Positions 57,691 to 64,000 of a stretch of DNA of 64,000 bases are shown one piece after another. The DNA lies in assembly GCF_009914755.1 (NCBI RefSeq), contig NC_060947.1, one strand, 5' to 3'. The position numbers and the translations under genes were made by a program. Origin of the DNA: the human T2T-CHM13v2.0 reference genome, Homo sapiens. Under the pieces are notes generated by a model. That model was not told where the DNA came from, searched no databases, and saw only the letters and a list, made by a program, of their open reading frames with translations. Positions within the stretch are counted from its first letter, which is position 1. Each line of letters begins with the position of its first letter.

Positions 57691-58729
57691 CTGTCTCTCC
57701 TTAGAACCACAACAGATCAAGTTATCTGATGCTTTTTTTTTCTTTTTTTACTTTTATGGGTAACACTTGTATTTGAAAAAGAAAAGAATGGCAATTAAAA
57801 GTTAATTATTAAGGCAATAAGCATAACATTTATTAAATCGATTTAGAAGCAACTTGATTATAAATCTTTTTTCAGTAGAATTCAGTCATCAATCGCTGTT
57901 CCATATATAACCATCTATTCCTGATGGTGTAAAAGAAAACATGCAAAATTAATATAAGTTCTTTAATTTCTGAATTTTGGCAATCCCTTTACGCTTTGGG
58001 TGACTGATTATCTGTCATTTTCTATTATATGATTTCACTCAGAGGAGCTATTTTTTGTGGTGTTATAATTAGAGGAAAACCAATAATCGATAAGAAGATA
58101 GTTTGAACTGAGCAACAAGATTGTTTTGATTCAATGTTTTTAACTGATTAAAAGTGACTAACGTATTTTGTTTTCATCCGTGACATGTAAACAATAGAAG
58201 GGAATCTCGCTGTATCTAACTTTTTTCCCCAAACCCCTCTCTCATTCTCCTTCCAAATTTTCGAGGTACGAAGGATGACTTTCTGACTTCACATAAATTG
58301 CCCCTGAAACATTTCTGTAGTTAGTGACAGCTGTCTTCTACTTACTTCCAGGAGAAAGACTTTATTCACACACCGTTAAGGCTCTTTTTACTGGCTTGAG
58401 CAGCTTACAAAAGAGAGAAAAATGTAACGTTATCAAAGACTTTCTTGTGGCTTTCACTTTATGCTGTCTTCCAATAATATATACTGGTACCTAAACACTG
58501 AGCAGCATGGAGAAGGAGTGGCCTGACCTGGGTGAATTTAACTTACGGAGACAGGGCTTTCTAAGATGACACAGGAAAGGTATTGATGAGATAAAAGCCA
58601 CTGAAGGAATAAATCATTCATATGATATTTTATTTTTATTAATTTCTGGTTCAGCTAAAAGTAGAGAAATATCAGATGAATGCTATTCCACCTAGTCGTC
58701 AGAATTGACAAGCCACCCAAGGTCAGGAT

Positions 58730-58972
58730 TGGGGGCTGGTCTGGTTCTGGAATCAGATGGCTACATTTGAATCCCAACTTCCCCTTTTCACTAACTGTGA
58801 CTTTTTGGGCAAGTGACTTAATTTTATACCCTTAAGTTAATTTTTTCTCTTATTCAATGGAAATATTAATAATACTTTCCTGGTTTAGAGTAATGATTGA
58901 ATTATATGGTATATATAAGACATCAGTACAAAGCGAGGCACAGAGTAAATCAAGCAATAAATGGCAACTATT
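58730..58972 (+). mobile_element. MIR
   Basis: tctggaatcaga...tttgaatccca...gggcaagtgacttaa...ggcacagagtaaatcaagcaataaat. Confidence 0.72.
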
Positions 58973-58983
58973 ATAAAAAATGG

Positions 58984-59110
58984 GGCCAGGCACAACGGTT
59001 CACCCATATAATCACATTTTGTGGGGGCCAAGGCGGGAGGATCACTTAAGGTCAGGAGTTCAAAACCAGCCTGACCAAATAGCACACACACACACACACA
59101 CACACAAAAT
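58984..59110 (+). mobile_element. Alu left monomer/FLAM-like fragment ending in (CA)n
   Basis: ggccaggcac...ggccaaggcgggaggatcacttaaggtcaggagttcaaaaccagcctg, then (CA)12. Confidence 0.85.
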
Positions 59111-60142
59111 TAACGGGAGGTATTATTTCTCTATAACACCTATTTAATTGTTCTGGGCAGGCATTTGTATACCTCTTTATGTTCTATCTGTCTTCGTAAA
59201 TTATAGAACACCCATGGCTGTCACTGAAAGACAACTTAAGCAGACCCTTCACCATGCCCAGTGAAGAAACAGAAAGAGAGGAATTTGGGGGATTAGTATC
59301 CAAGCCATTGAATCATTAAGACAGAATTGATTGATAAAAGGATTTGTGTTTATTACCCCAGATAGTGAATTTCTCTCAGTAGAAAGAGTGTCTTTTCATA
59401 TCAGTGTAGGAGGAAATTCATTACCCATTAATTTCTTAATGAGACAAATGGTAGGCATCTACTGGAATTCATCTATGGAAACATGTTTGTGTATGTGCAT
59501 AAACACAAGTACAGAAACTCACATGTACGCTCATATGCGCATGCGTGCACACAGAACGGGAGAGAAATTTGTTGACTAATTCTTTTATCTTTAAATATAT
59601 GCCATTTTTACTGAGATCACACTCACTGAGTGGGAATTTGAGAGTTATTTTAGGGTTATTTTTGGTGTATATAATTATCTCAAGGCTCTAGATAAAGATC
59701 CTGGAGTTTTAAGCCCATCTACCAACATTCTGGTTTGAATAAGTTATTTGAACCAGCATATTAGAGAGAAGATAAAGTCTTAAGATGTGAGGTTATAAGA
59801 TTCCTTTTTTTCACGAGGGCAGCTAATGCTGGAACTGCACGAGTGGCAGAGGTAGGGTAGGAGTTGACTTTTAAAAGCAATAATACCCCTTAGCCCCAAT
59901 TTTGGGTTTTTTTTTTCAACATGTTTCAATATCCATATGTTAAAATGTTGAATATTTCTACATCTACCATATTCACCTATGCCTGCTTGTGAATTTGTTG
60001 TGGAGGGTTAAAGCAAGCAGGACAATGTCTGTCTCATGTTAACTGCTCAGAAAGTGGTAGCTACTCTTACTGTCTCAGACAGTACCTGAGTCTCTCAGTT
60101 ATCCACCATCAGTGTTATTTTCTTATTACCATTAGCTCTCAA

Positions 60143-60330
60143 ATGGTAATTTTCAATCTTTTCTACATCAAAAACCCCTTGGGGAATTTGATGAAAGCTA
60201 TGTATCCTCTATTAAAGAAAAGTGCGTATACCTACATGCATATACCATGCACCATTTCCATACATAGTTTAGGAGATTCACCTATTCCATGAATTGAGAG
60301 TTTTGGTACACCAGTCTAAGAGCTCCAGCA
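60143..60330. mobile_element. hAT-Charlie-type fossil, family uncertain
   Basis: accccttggggaatttgatgaaagctatgtatcctct motif. Confidence 0.5.
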
Positions 60331-60499
60331 CGAGTTGAGAAACTGCTCTTTCATCTTTTAAGGATACATTCCAAGTGACTTATATTTGATTTTAGAAAAT
60401 ACTGGTGAACATACTCCAAACTACTTCCTTGAATCTTTTCTCTTGGGTCTTGAGGTAAAGCCTGGAATCCTTGATGCTCTGGAAACTCTTCAGACAGAC

Positions 60500-60835
60500 T
60501 AAGATTACTTAAATCCGTCAGTACCTCCTGGGAGCTGGTACAAGATGCAATTCAGAATTTAAAATTATTCAGAATGTACTAAGATGAGACAGTTTATATA
60601 TGCATCATGTATTACATAGCATCCAAGAGAGTTCAGTGGCAGCATCACATAACGAAACAGATTAATATTTCTTCATCAAAACATGTGAATATTCATATTA
60701 AGTGTAATAAGGACTGTAGATAGCCTCACAGTAGTTTCTTTTGCTACCAAATGAGTAACATTACCATAAAAACAACTTTCAGTTATCAGAGCTTTTAGAA
60801 ATTCAGAATTGCAAATAAGGATTTGTGGATCTGTA
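60500..60835 (-). mobile_element. MER46C-like (TcMar-Tigger)
   Basis: End tcagagcttttagaaattcagaattgcaaataaggatttgtggatctgta is the reverse of the MER46C start with TA. Confidence 0.65.
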
Positions 60836-61352
60836 GCTGAATTCATGTATCCAGGGAATCACTATAAAACTCACATCCCTTTATATTTCTCGACTATACC
60901 TAAAGGGTTATAAATTGTATACTACAATCAGCCTTAGATATCTTGTAGTTTGCCAAGATGGATAGTTTATAAATTTATGAATTACACACAGACTACATGC
61001 ATATAAAGTAATATATATGCATAAGTGTATATTGCATTACATGTATTAGTCTGTATAATTCTTCTTTTAGCAGTATTCAGCAATGCATCCAAGTAGCTCT
61101 ACTTAAACTAGTATATATTGCTTGCCTAGCCCAATAAGGACATATAAATCATTAAGAAAAGATTTGAAAATTATAGCTGGAAATTAGAAAACTGTCTGCA
61201 ATGGCATAGTTTCATAGAAACAGAAAATGGATTGAGTACCATACTTGAATCTGGAGCCCCTCTCAGCTTCACTTGAAATAATTTTGCCTGAAAATTGCAT
61301 AACACGAGTTCACTGATAAGAAAAGCAATTAATTTTAATAAAATAAGTACGT

Positions 61353-61584
61353 CTAAATTTAAACTATCTTTTAGATTTCAAATAGCACAAGAGAAAAACT
61401 TCCACAGAAGTTTAAAACGTACTGAGAACATTAAAGGAACTGCCAAATAATAATAAAACATAATAATAAAACCCCTAAATTTAAACTATCTTTTAGATTT
61501 CAAATAGTGCAAGAGGAAAAAACTTCCACAGAAGTTTAAAACCTACTGAAAACATTCAAGGAACTGCCAAATAATAATAAAACA
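61353..61584 (+). repeat. Tandem duplication of a 108/110-bp unique sequence
   Basis: Copies at 61353-61460 and 61475-61584, with 5 substitutions and a 2-nt length difference. Confidence 0.97.
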
Positions 61585-61790
61585 AAGTAAACCAAATTTC
61601 TATGTCTATGTCCATATTTCTAACTATCATATTGTCTTCAAGTCACTGCTAAAATAAAGTGCTATCAATGTAAAAATGCTGAAGACTGCTTCTCCCTTCC
61701 TTTCAAAGAAAATCTGACATTTAGATATGAAGAATGACACCTTCTTATGCCTCCTTCATCTCCCATCTATCTAGAATAAATTGAATACCT

Positions 61791-62306
61791 TGCAAGGGAG
61801 GCAAAACTTTATCTTCACCCTTTTAGGGTCTTCAGCTGGCCTGAGAACTAAATTGATATAAGACAGATTGAGAGGGGAAAAGCATACAAATTTAATATGA
61901 ATTTTATTTGACACAGGAGCCCTTGTAAGAAAATGAAGAACCAAACAAGTGGTAAAACCTAAATGGTTTTACACTAGATTGGACAAAGGGAGGCAATTCT
62001 GGAAAAGTGACTGACTAAGTTGTATGAAGAGGCAAAGAGTATGGGAGACAAAGAGTTATTTTCACAAGGTCTGTTTGTACAGAATCTCTAGGCTTTGACT
62101 CTCCATCTCTGGTGATGAGAATGTTTATTTTCTTCTGGTATAGGAAAGACATCTTTCACTTGGGAGTTTCATCGCTTGCTTTCAGGAAGAAAAGGGGGAG
62201 ATCAGAATGTTCTTCTTGTACTTGCTGTTTTCCAAGTGCCTTTAGCTCAACATAATCCTTATGCCAAAGTGGCATAGTTGAGGGTAGCAAATTGTGCCAC
62301 CCTTCA
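61791..62306 (-). mobile_element. MER34-family ERV1 solo LTR
   Basis: TG...CA termini, aagacagattgagaggggaaaagcatacaaattt, tgcctttagctcaacataatccttatgccaaagtggcata. Perfect 4-bp TSD ACCT (61787-61790, 62307-62310). Confidence 0.88.
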
Positions 62307-62999
62307 ACCTCCTGGTGTTCCAAATTTTGCTTTGTGCCTTGAAGGAATCTAACAGAAGTACCAGAAACACCCTTCTATGAGAAGAATTTACAGTCTATTT
62401 AGAAAAGATGACACTAGGGTGGTATGGATCAATACAGCACACAACACACAATACACCGTAAAGTGTTTTGCACATCATAAAAACTCAATACATATCCGTT
62501 GCTTGATTATAGAACGTTCACTTTCACAGTACCTCTGACCTTTTATTTTTCAATTTAGTCTCTCTGCAGTTCCTAGGACCACATATACTCTGGGGAGTGC
62601 AAAAGAGACTTTTACATTAAAATATATGGAAGTGCCACTCTGTAAGCCTGAAAAAGCCCAATGCCAGCCATTTTTTATGGTTCATTGTGGCATAAGAATT
62701 GTTCTAGAATATGTTACCCTAGGTCAGTTACTCTTTTATTCATCTTCTAACCTCAATCTTGGACTTTTTGTATTAGAGCAACAGCCACCTCCTACCCGCA
62801 CCATGAATTTGTTCCTAAAATCTGTGTATCTCAAGATCTTCCCAGTGATAATTGTTTACCCTGGAGCTTGGATATTACCTGGCTGGACATCTGGCTAATA
62901 GGCCTTGTGTCAGTTTTCTTTTCCCTCCAGACTTGCACATCCCTGAGAGAGAGTGTTTTGTTTTTTTTTAAATTTTGTTCCCTAGGCTCTTTATTTGCC

Positions 63000-63625
63000 T
63001 CATTTTAGTCCTAGTCCTGCATGGCATCACACTTGATCATCAACCCTGAGCTGTCTGAATTCAGCCATCCAAATTCCACTGAAATGTTCTCACTCCTAAG
63101 TGGGTATTTTTCACCCTAATCATATTACCTCCTCTGCAGCATTGGGCACTGTGAGTCACTCTATCCTTACCAAAGCTCTTTCCTCTGTTAGCAATCATGA
63201 AGCAGCTGCCTTGCTTCTCTGTACATCTGTACTTCTCTAATCCCACAATTACCACTTACCTTTTGAATCTACCCAAGGCCTGGTCCCCTCTCTTCTTTTC
63301 ATTTTAAATTTTCTCTGGGCAATCTCATTCTGGAATGGCTTCAACTGCTAACTACATGATGATAGCTTTGTAAACCCCATCTCTAGTTGAAACTTCTATT
63401 CTCAACTGCCATCTCAACCTGGAGGTATCACAAAGGTCATAGGCTCAACTATTTATCCTCTTCAGGTTTTTTCTTTTACAGTTGGTAACACCATCCAGTC
63501 ACCTAAATTAAGACTTTGGAATTTACCTCTGATGGCTCTCCATAGCCAATCTACCACCAAGTATTTTCTTTCTTTTTTCCCTAAAGCCTTCTTAAAACTG
63601 TGTTTTTCCTCCCCATACCTTCTGC
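63000..63625 (+). mobile_element. L2 fragment
   Basis: ctctgcagcatt...ctctgggcaatctcatt...atggcttcaactg...catagccaatctaccaccaagt. Confidence 0.65.
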
Positions 63626-64000
63626 ACTTGTAATGGAGATCACCAAAAGTTACCCAAAGCCCTCCTCAGATAACACCTCTGAATGTGATTTTTCCCTTTT
63701 CACCTGAGACCAGCATAAGAACCATCTAGAAACTGATGCTGTGATAGCATGAATTATTTTCATACACCTTTGTATGTAAATAATTTCCACATAAAAATTT
63801 CTATATTACTTTTTTATGAAATGTGTTAAAAATTACTGAAATAAAATACTTCTACTTTGAACCAATTTATGAACAATATTTCTAGAAGAGTTATAGATAT
63901 TCTATACAAAATGAGTTCAATTGTCGTTGGTTTTTACCATAAGACATTATTGATAAAATCCTAATGTTGGAATCTAATAAATACTTACACAGAAAGGGTC

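Noticed and set aside
59536-59547. NRF1-like motif tgcgcatgcgtg
   Set aside because: Imperfect, sits in a degenerate (CA/TG) run, and has no CpG-island or promoter context.

Overview
AT-rich, CpG-poor primate (human-like) genomic DNA, either intergenic or deep intronic. I find no protein-coding gene, structural RNA gene, CpG island or CRISPR array, and I cannot name the locus. Much of the window is interspersed repeat: 13 Alu elements or fragments (J, S and Y subfamilies), a 5'-inverted L1PA15/16-like element, older L1M, L2 and MIR fragments, solo LTRs (THE1, MSTA, MLT1, MLT2, MER21, MER34) and hAT/Tigger DNA transposon fossils. There is also an ~820-bp alternating purine-pyrimidine tract. 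The ORF track is explained by Alu, L1 ORF2 remnants, simple repeats and chance. I do not see evidence for a new multi-gene system. The most notable signals are small mutational scars read directly from the sequence: a two-piece templated insertion copied from ~1 kb downstream into a MER21 LTR, an Alu with a duplicated 3' end, a probable chimeric Alu, a 108-bp tandem duplication with a templated junction, and a perfect 14-bp hairpin. There are also a few candidate enhancer-like motif clusters. Repeat subfamily names are recalled from consensus sequences, not from a search, and boundaries of old repeats are approximate.
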